Assembly: GCA_963514005.1 (NCBI GenBank)
Contig: CAUPSL010000234.1
Location: 62,001-126,000, forward strand
Length of the DNA: 64,000 bases
From: Raja brachyura
Taxonomy: Eukaryota
Direction of reading: 5' to 3'
In this document: in pieces, positions 51,903 through 64,000 of the stretch
Numbering within the stretch: the stretch's first letter is position 1
Layout: each line of letters begins with the position of its first letter
Program-made: the position numbers and the translations under genes
Notes under the pieces: generated by a model
Databases searched by the model: none
What the model was told of the DNA's origin: nothing
The model's input: only the letters and a program-made list of their open reading frames with translations

Positions 51903-52228
51903 GCGCTACCACATCCAGCCCGATGTCCACCGTGGCCAGAGTGGGCAGCGGCTTAATTAAAGCCCCATCCATCTGTGTCCGTGTGTCCCACACAGCAGCG
52001 TCCAGTCTCGGCCATTGCAGCCCTGTAGTGGACAGGAGATAACCCACCGCGACTGTCACCGTGCCTCGACCCACAGCGGCTCCTCGCTGCTTGTGTTCCC
52101 ACATCTCCAGTGGAACTTGTTCCCTGTGCCAGATGCTGCACTCGGGATCTGGTTTATATCCACGGGTCCCGGGTGAAGGCGGCGGCCGCAGCGCCCAGAG
52201 ACGCGATTTAAAGCGTTTGGTTGCGGCA

Positions 52229-52307
52229 GGTTTTTGTATGGAGGAAGTCCCATCTCTCACACTGTGCCACCCATGTAGTCACTGTGATTCACCGCCGTAC
52301 AATAACC
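52229..52307 (-). other. DH1 segment (coding 52267-52279, ACTACATGGGTGG) with 5' 12-RSS and 3' 22-RSS
   Basis: Plus strand reads GGTTTTTGT-22-CACTGTG-[13 bp]-CACTGTG-12-ACAATAACC. Confidence 0.93.
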
Positions 52308-52515
52308 CCCATCCTCTCTCACAGTCTCCGAGCCCAGTCACTCCGCACGCCCGACTGTCAACTTGGAGCCCAAGGTCTCTCTCTGTTCATCGATGTTCCT
52401 TCTCGCCCAACCATTGACCGTGTCTCAGAGACGGACACCGGGCCTGATCGACCCGTGACTCCAGTTCCACCCACGGCGCTTGGCTCCGAGCTGAGGACAG
52501 GTTCTCTCTCCCCTG

Positions 52516-52554
52516 GGTTGTTGTACCGGCCCGGCCCCGCTTCCTCTCACTGTG
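52516..52554 (-). promoter_or_regulatory. VH 3' RSS, 23-bp spacer
   Basis: CACAGTG-23 bp-ACAACAACC directly after the YYCAR codons. Confidence 0.95.
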
Positions 52555-52850
52555 TCTCGCACAGTAATAGATGGCCGTGTCGCTCAGACTCAGGCGGTTC
52601 ATTTGGAGATAGACGTTGCTGCTGTCCTTGGAAACCTCGAATCGGCCGCTGAAGGCAGGCGCGTACTTTTTGTCACCATCATACCTCATCCTCGCCACCC
52701 ACTCCAGCCCTTTCCCGGGGACCTGTTTCACCCAGTGCACGTTGTAGCTGCTGAGGCTGAACCCGCTGGTTGCACAGGTCAGTTTGTGGGACCCTCCGGG
52801 CTTTGCCACCGCGGTCGGGGTCTGAGTCAGCACAACCGCGGATCGAACGC
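52555..52850 (-). CDS. IgW: VH exon (germline, unrearranged)
   Basis: Acceptor TTGGCAG|GC. Protein reads AVVLTQ...LTCATSGFSL...WVKQVPGKGLEWV...DTAIYYCAR, with canonical Cys/Trp/Cys and no stops. Confidence 0.97.
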
Positions 52851-52955
52851 CTGCCAATAAAAGAGAAACAAAGTTGAATAAACAGTTGAAGAGGCAGAGG
52901 GTGAAAGAGTGTCCGAGAAGCAGCCCGGCCCCGAGTGGGGGACACACACACCCAC

Positions 52956-53001
52956 CTGGCAGACAGGACAGAAGGAGACAGAGATAAGCAGCGACCCCCA
53001 T
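52956..53001 (-). CDS. IgW: VH leader exon (MGVAAYLCLLLSCLPG)
   Basis: Hydrophobic signal peptide, phase-1 donor CCAG|GTGGG, 105-bp intron to the V exon. Confidence 0.93.
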
Positions 53002-53090
53002 CACTCTGAGCACTGACACACACTTGGACACTCCAGGAATGGGCGGCTTCAGCTCAGGCCAGCTTTGTCGGGAGCCGCAGTCAGCGCCGC

Positions 53091-53097
53091 TTAAATA
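53091..53097 (-). promoter_or_regulatory. TATA-like box of the VH promoter
   Basis: TATTTAA about 90 bp upstream of the leader ATG (53001). No octamer seen nearby, as expected for chondrichthyan IgH promoters. Confidence 0.5.
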
Positions 53098-53719
53098 GGA
53101 AAGTGAGCTGTGAGTGAGAGAGAGAGGGAGCCGCGGCTTGAACACGTTCCCACCCACTGAAACCAGAGGCGCGGCTTCCTGTCCCTGCCCCCAGCACCCA
53201 GTTCAATTCCCCAAAAGATGTTTGTCTCCACAACAGGTGGCGGGTGGAGGGGCAATGATGAGATCCGGATTAAAGATTGATCCCACTCTGCTCCATCCAC
53301 TCATTACAATGCTGAACACTTTGTGCAGCAAGAGGTCACTCAGATACCCCAGTGAGGGGCTGAGTTAAAAGTCGGTGTACAGATATCCCCCTGAGAGAGA
53401 GGGACACCTGTCAATGTAGATATCCCCTTGGGGGAGAGAGAGGCTAAGGTTCACCGGTCAGTGTACAGATATCCCCCTGAGAGAGAGGACTGAGAGAGAC
53501 TGGTCAGTTTGAGTTAAGTTTATTGTCACATGGACCGAGGTACAGTGAAAAGCTTTAGTTGTGTGTTAACCAGACACAGATGGACAATACATGATTACAA
53601 TCGAGCACAGTGAGCAGAAACATGATGAAGGGAATAACATCAATAAAGTTCAGTGCAAGATAAAACCAGTAAATTCTGATCAAAGATAGTCCGAGGGTCC
53701 CCAATGAGGTAGATAGAGC

Positions 53720-54591
53720 ACAGAGGTCAAGCTACAACAGCCAGTCATGATGCTATGAATGAAGTCCATCTTACGCCTATATCTGCGACAATCTACAACA
53801 ATGTATGACCATACCGACGACAAGCTACGACCATACCGGCAACATGCTGTGACAGCTGGCGACCATCGGCAACAGTTGACTCGACTAGCTACACCAGGCT
53901 ACGACAGTGGCTCCTCCGTGGGTCTCCTTTTTCTCCAGGAGAGGGCCCACCCAGTGTCTTCGGCTCCTGAAACAGCTCGGGGGGAAGCCTGGTGAAGTTT
54001 CTGAAGGCAGCCTCATGTTCTCGCTGGATCAGTCATCAGGTTGTCATACTGGCCCAACCTGGGGCTCTACAGGGACAAGGGCTTCAACCACACACACCTC
54101 TTCTTGGGCTTCCTCTTCCCCATTCTTCTTGTTCTTCTGTCTTGCTGATCTTTAAGCATGAGGGTTGCTGCAAGCAGCAGGGCTTCTTCATGTGAGAGCA
54201 ATGCCCTCAGATGTTGGAAACATTACATCCCCTTTTATAACTGGGTGCTTCCATTGTTTTGGAGGCCAAAATGACATGAATTGTCTTCAGTTGTCTCCGA
54301 CAGTCGTAACTTGTCATGGCCTGTCGCGGGTGGATGTAGGTTGACTTCGGTTGTCGCCTGTGTGGTCGTAGATTGTCGTATGTGTTATCGTAGGTTGTCG
54401 TAGGTGGACGTCTCAAGTCACGATAATTGGGTCGTCAGTTGTCGGTAGCTTGTCTTAGCTTGACGTCGACTAGGTGGTAGGTTGTTGTAGCTTGTCATAG
54501 ACATTGTTGTAGGGGGGTCCAGTCACCGGTTTTTCGGCGACCTGCTATGAATATGACAGTTGCAGGCAGTCGCCTAAGTGGGACAGGCCCT
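53720..54591 (-). mobile_element. Harbinger/PIF-derived element with a transposase N-terminal remnant
   Basis: Same TIR as the MITE (ends GGACAGGCCCT|TAA). Minus-strand decayed reading KRCVWLKP...LGQYDNLM...FRNFTRLPPELFQE...VGPLLEKKET resembles the Harbinger transposase N-terminus. Confidence 0.65.
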
Positions 54592-57461
54592 TAAATGGCT
54601 TCATTGTAATCATGCAGAGTCCTTCTGACAGATTAACACACAACAAAAGCGTTTCACAGTGCCTCGGTGCACATGAGAATAAACTAAACTGAACTGAACT
54701 GAAGTCGATGATGTAGTTGCAGAGGTGAGTACTGACTCCAAGTCCCTCGAGTTTGGTGATGAGCTTGGCTGGTATAATGGTATCAGACTGTAGATATCCC
54801 ATGAAAGAGTGTACAGATATACCCCTGACAGTGGGACACTGGTCAGTGTAGATGTCCCAAGAGAGTGGGAATGAGGGAGACCGATCCGTTTACAGAAGAG
54901 AGAGGGGGTGAGGGGGAGAGAGAGTGGAAGAGGGGGAGAGAGAGAGCGAGAGAGAGACAGAGGGGGAGAGGGAGAGAGAATGCTAGCTGTCAGTGTACAA
55001 ATATACAAACATAGAAATTAGGTGCAGGAGTAGGCCATTCGGCCCTTCGAGCCTGCACCGCCATTCAATATGATCATGGCTGATCATCCAACTCGGTATC
55101 CCGTACCTGCCTTCTCTACATACCCTTTGATCCCATTAGCCACAAGGGCCACATGCCAAGAGAGAGGCACTGAGAGACACTGGTCAGTGTACAGATATCC
55201 CCATGAGAGAGAGGGATTGGGAGGCACCGGTCAGTGTAGAACAGAAACATAGAAAAATAGGTGCAGGAGTAGGCCATTTGGTCATGGCTGATCATCTAAA
55301 ATCAGTACCACGTTCCTGCTTTTTTCCCATATTCCTTGATTCATTTGGCACTAAGAGCTAAATCTAACTCTCTCATGAAAACATCCAGTGAATTGGCCTC
55401 AACTGCCGTCTGTGGCAGAGAATTCCACAGATTCACAACTCAGTGTACAGATATCAAGCCTAGAGAGAGGGAGTAAGGTTCACCGGTCAGTATACAGATA
55501 ACCCTCTGAGAGAGGGAGAGAGATAGAAAGAGAGAGAGAGACTGAAAGCTGCAGAGAAACTGTGAGCAGTGTAAAGTTAGCCCCCTGAGAGAGATTGACA
55601 GGGAGAACCCATGCAGTGAGGGAAAGGGACTGAATTGATAAAACTAATTTGCAGAATCTTCTGCCTCCAGCAACCTTGGAAGAATCAATGTGAACCAGAA
55701 TTTCTTGGGTGGAAGGAGGATTATATATTGGTGAGGAATTTTCTCTCCCAGAGATTAAAACAGAGTTAACAGGTGTCCCCTCGCTACTGTTAGAAAACAC
55801 TTTGATCTGTGTCAGCCATGAGTGTTTTGATCCACGTTTTCAAGAACAGGAAGTGCAACACTAAGAGAAGCAGTTGTACTGAGAAACGGGAGGCTGCCCA
55901 GTCAAGGGGGCAGCCAAGTGCTGCTGGACGGGTCAATGGCAGGAAATCCCAGGGAGAGACGTTCTGTGGAGCATCTGTTCCTTCTTCAGAATGGTCTCAC
56001 AACAGTTCTAAATCGTGCACCTCCAACAGACTTAGAGCAACAAACACAGCTCAATCCAACTCCCATGGCAGCTAAACAGATGTCCTGTTACCCTTTCAAC
56101 CTCACTTTTACCATTGCCATTTGTCCTTTTACAGGAACTTGGGACAGTTAGTGGAGATGTCTTGTGGACAGTGCGTATTATAGACATGGAGGTGCTCGAT
56201 GTCCTCAGGTGCATGACAGTAGATAAGACCTATGAAGATTGTACAAAACATTGATGCTGGAATACATTAGCAGGGGAAGTTGTGGAAGCAGATACGACAG
56301 CAATAATTAAAAGACATTTAGAGACAGATTAGACATTCAGTATTTTCTTTCTCCCGGGGTATGAATGTTTTGGTTCCACTTGTATTCCAAAGTATGCTTT
56401 GCCTCACATCGGTGGTAGGGATGCAATTGGAGAGGATTCTTTGGGATAGGATTTACTACAACTTGGAAGACAATGGGCTAGCTAGGGACCATCAACATGG
56501 CTTTGTACGCCACAGATCATGTCTTACTAACTTTAAATATTTTTTTGAGGAGGTGACAAAGGTGATCGATGAAGGTAGGCAGTGGATGTTGTCTATATGG
56601 ACCTTAGTAAAGCATTTCAGAAAGTTCTCCATGGTTGGTTGTCCAAGAAGTTCAAAATGCACGACATTCATAGTGATTTTGTCGTCTGGGTCAATACAGG
56701 TTTACTGATAGAAGACAGAGGGTTGTGGTGAAGACAGAGGGCATTATTCAGACTGCAAGTCTGTGACCAGCTGAGTTCTGCAGGGATCTGCGGACAGTGA
56801 TCAAGGATGATAAAGTATAGATCTGCGAGGAGGATGCTATGAGGCTGCAGGGCGACTTGGATAGGTTGGGTGAGTGGGCAGATACACTCTAAAGTATAGA
56901 CGGTATAGATCAGCTCAGAAATGGGCAAAGAAAAGGAAAATGAGGTTTAATCCGACCAAATGCTGAGTTGTTTTTTTAAAAATGACCGATATTCTCCACG
57001 CTTGCATGAAGCACATCTCTTCATTGTCCTCTGTCTTCAGAGAGTCCTATTGGTCGGTTATCGTTTCAGCAACGCAAGAAATGTTTATACGTGTTGGTCC
57101 TTAATTCAGGAACATATTTCCATATGTCATGCAGCCTGCTTGTTCTTTTTAGCAAGTCTGGTCCCTGTGGGAGCCCCCCCTGTTCAGATTAAGACAAGCT
57201 GCCATCTCCAACAGGAAATCTGAGGTGAAGGAAATAGTGCCCACATCACTGTCCAGTTTCACACACCCGTCGACAGTCAAAATATGAAACGTATTTCTGG
57301 TAAATCAACAGCTGCACGCAGAAATTGTGTTCAAATTTGTCCCATGCATAGAGGATCAGTAAAAAGGTTCTTCAGCCCTCCAGCCCATCCCCACTCTCTG
57401 CTGATCTGTGTTTGAACTCCATTTCTCCACCTTGGTTCTATGTCCTTTAATCATCAAAGAA

Positions 57462-59360
57462 GGTGGCTCAGCCGTGGCTAACGAGGAAAATTAGGGATAG
57501 TGTTAAATCCAAAGAAGAGGCGTATAAATTGGTTAGAGGAAGCAGCAAACCAGAGGACTGGGAAATTTAGAATTCAACAGAGGAGGACAAAAGGGGTTAA
57601 TTAAGAGGGGGAAAATAGTATGCAAGAAAGCATGCTTCAGCATGAAAGAAATATAAAAACTGACCAAAAAACATTTTTTTATACTGTACTGTATGTGAAG
57701 AGGAAAAGATTAGTGAAGACAAATGTAGGTCCCTCACGGTCAGAAACAGATGAATTTATAATGGGAAACAAGGAAATGGTAGACCAGTTAAACAAGTACT
57801 TTGGTTCTGTCTTCACTAAGGAAGACACAAACAATATCCCAGAAATACTAGGGGACCGAGGATCTAGTGGGAGGGAGGAACTGAAGGAAATTGACATTAG
57901 TCATGAAATGGTGTTGGGTAAATTGTTGGGACTGAAGGCCGATAAATCCCCAGGGCCTGATGGTCTGCATCCCAGAGTACTCAAGGAGGTGGCCACATAA
58001 ATGGTGGATGCATTTGTGATCATTTTCCAATGTTCTATAGGCTCTGGATCAGTTCCTGTGGACTGGAGGGTAGCTAATGTAACCTCACCTTTTAAGAAAG
58101 GAGGGAGAGAGAAAACAGCGAATTATAGACCAGTTAGTCTTAACAGGGAATTATAGACAAGTTGGTAGTGGGGAAGATGCTCGAGTCGATTATTATATAT
58201 GTTATAGCACCACATTTGGAAAGCAGTGAAAGGATCGGTCAGTCAGCATGGATTTATGATGGGAAAATCATGCTTGACTAATCTTCTGGAATTTTTTGAG
58301 GATGTATAAGGGACAACCAGTGACTGTGGTGTATCTGGACGTTCAAAACGCCTTTGACAAGGTCCCACACAAGAGATTTGTGTGCAAAATGAGAGCACAC
58401 AGTATTGGGAGTAGGGAACTGACATGGATAGAAAACTGGTTGGACAGGAAGCAAAGAGTAGGAATTAACGTGTCCTTTTCAGAATGGCAGGCAATGACAA
58501 GTGGGGTGTCGCAAGGCTTGGTGCTGGGACCCCAATTATTTAGAATATATATTAACAATTTAGACAAGGGAATCAAATGTAACATCTCCACGTTTGCGGA
58601 TGATACAAAGCTGAGCGGCAGTGTGAGCTGCGAGGAGGATGCTTTGAGGCTGTAGGGTGACTTGGATAGGTTGGGTGAGTGGGCAGTTGCATTGCAGATG
58701 CAGTATAATGTGAATAAATGTGAGGTTATCTACTTTGGTGGCAAGAACAGGAAGGCAGATTATTATCTGAATGGTGTCAGATGAGGAAAAGAGGAAGTGC
58801 AATGAGACCTGGGTTTCCCTGTACATCAATCACTGACAGTAAGCATGCAGGAACAGCAGGCTGTGAAGAAAGCAAATGGCATTTAGGCCTTCATACCGAG
58901 AGGATTTGAGTAAATGAGCAAGGAGGTCCTACTGCAGTTGTACAGGGCCCTGGTGAGACTGCACCTGGAGTATTATTGTGTGCAGTTTTGGTCTTCTAAT
59001 TTGTGGAAGCACATTATTGCTATTGAGGGAGTGCAGAGTAGGTTCACCAGGTTAATTCCCAGGATGGCGCGAATGACATATGATGAAAGAATGGGTCGAC
59101 TGGGCTTGTATTCACTGGAATTTAGAAAGATGAGAGGGGATCTTATAGAAACATAAAATTCTTCAGGGATTAGACAGGCTAGATGCAGGAAAAATGCTCC
59201 CGATGTTGGGGGAGTCCAGAACCAGAGTTTCAGAATAAGGGGTAGGCCATTTAGGACTGAGATGAGGAAAAACATTTTCACCCATAAAGTTGTGAATCTG
59301 TGGAATTCTGTACCACAGAAGGCAATGGATGCCAAATTGCTGGATGTTTTCAAGAGAGGT
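57462..59360 (+). mobile_element. CR1 LINE ORF2, decayed
   Basis: KSPGPDGLHPRVLKE, FADD, LEY motifs with stops and frameshifts. Confidence 0.92.
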
Positions 59361-59369
59361 AGATATAGT

Positions 59370-62300
59370 TACATAGAAACATTGAACATAGGTGCAGGAG
59401 GAAGCCATTTGGTGCTTCGAGCCAACACCGCTATTCATTGTGATCATGGCTGATCGTCCCCAATCAATAACCCGTGCGTGCCTTCTCCCCATATCCCTTG
59501 AATCCACCAGCTCCTAGAGCTCTATCTAACTCTCTCTTAAATCCACCCAGTGACTTGGCCTCCACTGCCCTCTGTGGCAGGGAATTCCACAAATTCACAA
59601 CTCTCTGGGTGAAACAGTTTTTCCTCACCTCAGTCTTAAATGGCCTCCCCTTTATTCTAAGGCTGTGGCCCCTGGTTCTGGACTCGCCCAACATTGGGAA
59701 CAATTTTCCTGCATCTAGCTTGTCCAGTCCTTTTATAATTTTATATGGTTCTATAAGATTCCCCCTCATCTTTCTAAACTCCAGTGAATACAAGTCTAGT
59801 CTTTTCAATCTTTCCTCATATGACAGTCCCGCCATCCCTGGGATCAATCTCGTGAACCTACGCTGCATTGCCTCAATCACAAGGATATCCTTCCTCAAAT
59901 TTGGAGACCAAAACTGGACGTAATACTCCAGATGTGGTCTCACCAGAGCCCTATGCAACTGCAAAAGAACCTCTTTAATCTTATGCTGAAATCCTCTTGT
60001 TATGAAGGCCAACATTCCATTAGCTTTCTTCACTGCCTTCTATACCTGCACGCCAACTTTCAGTGATCTGTGTACAAGGACGCACAGGTCTCGCTGCACC
60101 TCCCCCTTACCTAACCTAACCCCTTTGAGATAATAATCTTCCCCCTTATTTTTGCCACCAAAGTGGATAACCTCACATTTATCTATATTATACTGCATCT
60201 GCCATGCTTCTGCCAACTCACTCAACCTGTCCAGGTCACCCTGCAACCTCCTAACATCCTCTTCACAGTTCACACTGCCACGCAGCTTTGTGTCATCCAC
60301 AAAACCTGCTAGTGTTGCTCCTAATTCCCACTTCCTAATCATTAATACAGTGGCTTGCAAAAGTTTTCATAGCCCTTGAACTTTTCCAAATTTTGTCACG
60401 TTACAACCACAAACGTAAATGTATTTTATTGGGATTTTATGTGATAGACCAACACAAAGTGGTGCATAATTGTGAAGTGGAAGGAAAATGATACATGGTT
60501 TCCAAATTTTATTGCAAATAAAAAACTGAAAAGTGTGGCGTGCAAAAGTATTCTGCCCCCCTGAATCAATACTTTGTAGAACCACCTTTCGCTACAATTA
60601 CAGCTGCAAGTCTTTTGGGGTATGTCTCTACCAGCTTTGCACATCTAGAGACTGACATTTTTGCCCATTCTTCTTTGCAAAATAGCTCAAGCTCAGTCAG
60701 ATTGGATGGAGAGTGTCTGTGAACAGCAATTTTCAAGTCTTGCCAGAGATTCTCAATTGGATTTAGGTCTGGACATTGACTGGGCCATTCTAACACATGA
60801 ATATGCTTTGATCTAAACCATTCCATTCTAGCTCTGGCTGTATGTTTAGGGTAGTTGTCCTGCTGGAAAGTGAACCTCCGCCCCAGTCTCAAGTCTTTTG
60901 CAGAATCTAGCAGGTTTTCTTCCAAGATTGTCCTGTATTTGGCTCCTAATCTCGGATGCACGCTACAAACTCTCTTTCTTGGGGCCCTGAACCAACCTGA
61001 TTTTCCCAGTCTACCTGAATATTGAAATCCCCCATCACCACAGTGGCATTACCTTTGGTACATGTCAGTTTTAACTCCTGCTGCAACTTACACCCTACAT
61101 CCGGACTACTATTTAGGGATCTGTAGATAACACCAATTAGTGTCTCCTTGCCTTTGCAATTCCTCAACTTAATCCACAGTGACTCTACCTCATCAATCCC
61201 TATGTCTTCCCTCGCAAAGGACTGAATTCCATCCCTCACCAGCAGAGCTACCCCCCCCCCCCCCGTCCTTTCTATGGGATGTATAAGCCTGAATATTAAG
61301 TTCCCAGGCCCGATGCTCCCGCAGCCACGTCTCAGTATTCCCCACAATGTCATATCTACCAACCTCTAACTGAGCCTCAAGCTCATCCACCTTACTTCTT
61401 ATACTTTGCGCATTCATATACAATACGTTTTATTCCTTAGGCATCTCACCTTTCACATTGATCCCTATTACACTTACGCCATACTCTCCTATCCCTTTTT
61501 GAATTTTCTTCCCAGTTAATTCTGGGGTCATTAACTATCCCTTTACTCTCTTTCCCTTTAACTCCATCCTTGACCATCCCATTTGACACCCCCCCCCCCC
61601 CCCCCCCGTTATTCAGTTTAAAGCTACCCGTGTAGCAGTGACAAACCTGCCTGCCAGAATGCTGGTCCCCCACCTGTTAAGGTGCAATCCATCCCTTTTG
61701 TACAGTTCCCCCTTACTCCAAAACAGATCCCAGTAGTCTAAGAATCTATATCCCTGCCCCCTGCACCAGTTCCTCAGCCACACATTCAGGTCCTGTATCT
61801 CCCTGTTCCTGCTCTCGCCAGCACGACAAACAGGAAGCAAACTGGAGATAGCCACGCTGGAGGTCCTGCCTTTCAGCATTTTACCAAGCTCTCTAAAGTC
61901 ACGCTTCAGAATATTCATCCCCTTCTTTCCGACATCGTTTGTGCCGACATGCACTACCACTTCCAGCTGTTCACCATCGCCTTTGAGGATTTTCTTCACT
62001 CTATCCGTGACATCCTGGATCCTGGCACCAAAGAGGCAACACACCATCCTCGAATCCCTTCTGTTGCCGCAGAAACCCCTGTCCGTACCTCCCACAATGG
62101 AGTCTCCAACTACCACGGTGGTGCCTGACGTCGGCCTCTTTGATGTTGGCTCAACAGCCCTTTTTGCTTCACAAGCCAGTCCGCCACTCAGTGTTTTAAC
62201 GTCCTCTGGCCAGACAGCTTCTAAGTGGGTGAACCTGTTCTCAAGAGGTACAACACCCGGGGACTTTTGCATTCCATGTTTCCCTCCCTTTCTCACCGTC

Positions 62301-62640
62301 ACCCACCTTCTCTCTTCCGGTACCTCAGGTGTAACAATCTTACTGTAGGACTTGTCGAGGAACAACTCAGTTTCACGGATGAACCTGAGGTCATCCACTT
62401 GCTTCTCCAGTTCCCCAACACAGTCCTTCAGGAGCTGTACTTGGATGCACTTCTCATATTTGTAGCAGCCAGAGGCACCAGCAGTGTCCTTGACCTCCCA
62501 CATACTACAAGCATCACACTGAATCTTGCTTGACATTTTCTTCTTTCGTCTCTCCCTCTCCAGTGTTTCGTGTGGCGTCCTCCCTCAGCCTCCTCGTCGA
62601 AGACTCGCAGCCAAAGACGCGCACTTTTCTCACAGGGCAC
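59370..62640 (-). mobile_element. CR1 LINE with intact ORF1 (61613-62536; Zn-finger + SGNH/GDSL esterase) and internally deleted ORF2
   Basis: CDAC...C, VVVGDS, HVGTND and DGLHLN motifs, with APE and RT fragments downstream. Confidence 0.92.
60348..60948 (-). mobile_element. One-ended Tc1-like DNA transposon nested in CR1
   Basis: TA|CAGTGGCTTGCAAAAGT terminus. Transposase C-terminus FQQDNYPKHT...WPSQCPDLNPIENLW. Confidence 0.9.
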
Positions 62641-63319
62641 CGCGCACATTTCTCACAGGGCCGCACCCCTTGAGCAAGTCTTGATTATATCAGATGCTAA
62701 ATTGCCTAATTGTCCAATTTACCAATCTTCCAATCTAATTGTTCAGCCAATCCCCACACTCACTCCTAACCTTTCTTCCTCTGATGAGCTTGTAAGTATG
62801 TTCTTTGTCCGACCTGCACTCAAAGACTGCTAAAATGCTGTTTGCCCTCTTTGGGTTCTTTAGGCTAATGGGAAATCAAGGGCTATGGGAAAAAACAGGA
62901 ACAGGCTATGATTTTGGATGATTAGCCATGATCATATTGAATGGCAGTGCTGGCATAAAGGGCTGAATGGCCTACTCCTGCACCTATTTTCTATTTTTCT
63001 AACATTCTGTCCATGTGGGAACTTTCAACTGAACCCCAGACTTGACAGCTTCCAGGGGCAGTTCTGGGTTTCCTGTGTCCCTCAATATCCTGGATGCCAT
63101 GTTTATGTTTTTGACCTTGTTCGGATCCACGGCAGAGGAAGCAGATTCTTCGTCTGCTCCAGTGCATCCAGTGACTATTTTAATCTCCCCAATTACACCT
63201 TCAATTCTCCACACCTCAGGTAGCATAGAACCAGACCTGATATTCCAACCACTTTTCTCCCACTGCCACTGTCCCTGGAGGGGATGCACCCGCTGCACCA
63301 CCTCCAAGGACACACATCT

Positions 63320-63885
63320 GTCTTCACTAAGGAGGACACAAACTATCTTCCTGATGTACTAGTGGCCAGAGGATCTAGGGAGACGGAGGAACTGAAGGAA
63401 ATCAACATTAGGCAGGAAATGGTGTTGGGTAGACTGATGGGACTGAAGGCTGATCCATCCCCAGGGTCTGATGGTCTGCATCCCAGGGTACTTAAGGAAG
63501 TGGCTCTAGAAATCGTGGACGCATTGGTGTTCATTTTCCAATGTTCAATAGATTCAGGATCAGTTCCCGCGGATTGGAGGATAGCTAATGTTATCCCACT
63601 TTTTAAGAAAGGCGGGAGAAAGAAAACAAGGAATTATAGACCAGTTAGCCAGACCGGTGGTGGGGAAAATGCTGGAGTAAATCATAAAGCATATGATAAG
63701 GTCCCACACTGGAGATTAGTGGGCAAAATTAGGGCACATGGTATCGGGGGTAGACTGCTGACATCCATAGAAAATTGGTTCGCAGACAGGAAACAAAGAG
63801 TAGGGTCCCTTTCAGAATGGCAGATAGAGACTAGTGGGGTACCGCAAGGCTCTGTTCTGGGACCGCAGTTATTTACTAAATATAC
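63320..63885 (+). mobile_element. CR1 LINE ORF2 fragment
   Basis: GLHPRVLKE and NYRPVS motifs. Confidence 0.8.
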
Positions 63886-64000
63886 TAGACTAAGTGGGAC
63901 CCGTTGGGTCCCACGTCCACACGGGAGGGCTGGTCCCCCAAAGCAATATTCCACCTCTCCACCAATTCCAATATTTGTGGTCAGTGGCGGGGGGGGGGGG

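Larger units (their letters stand above)
7333..53097 (-). other. IgW: Complete IgW (IgX)-type immunoglobulin heavy-chain cluster: V-D-D-J, 18 C exons, two secretory tails, TM1/TM2
   Basis: Single-cluster organisation typical of chondrichthyans. A two-domain form ends in a Cys-rich tail and a long form ends in a KPTLVNVSL-type tail, which is diagnostic of IgW/IgX rather than IgM or IgNAR. Confidence 0.92.

Noticed and set aside
52057-52078. Possible third D segment (CACCGTG-8 bp-CACAGCG) between D1 and D2
   Set aside because: No nonamer at 12 or 22/23 bp on either side. At most a degenerate relic.

Overview
Eukaryotic DNA from a cartilaginous fish, probably a skate or ray (inferred from the IgX/IgW-type Cys-rich tail and the repeat content). 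The window holds one complete, unrearranged immunoglobulin heavy-chain cluster of the IgW (IgX) type on the minus strand, spanning about 7.3-53.1 kb. Its order is leader-VH-23RSS / 12-D1-22 / 12-D2-12 / 23-JH, a 9.3-kb J-C intron, C1, C2, a Cys-rich short secretory tail, C3a-C4a, C3b-C4b, C3c-C4c, C5, C6 plus long secretory tail and polyA, then four more intact C3-C4 pairs (d-g), TM1 and TM2. That makes 18 intact constant-domain exons. Eight lie downstream of the secretory polyA site and could only enter a membrane form. The J-C intron carries a 2.2-kb GAGCT/G-run tandem array resembling a tetrapod switch region. The rest is CR1, Rex1/Babar-like, L1-like, RTE, Harbinger/MITE and Tc1 elements, SINEs and a ~3.5-kb tandem duplication 3' of the gene. 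All exon structures are read from splice signals; there is no transcript evidence here. Transposon boundaries are approximate.
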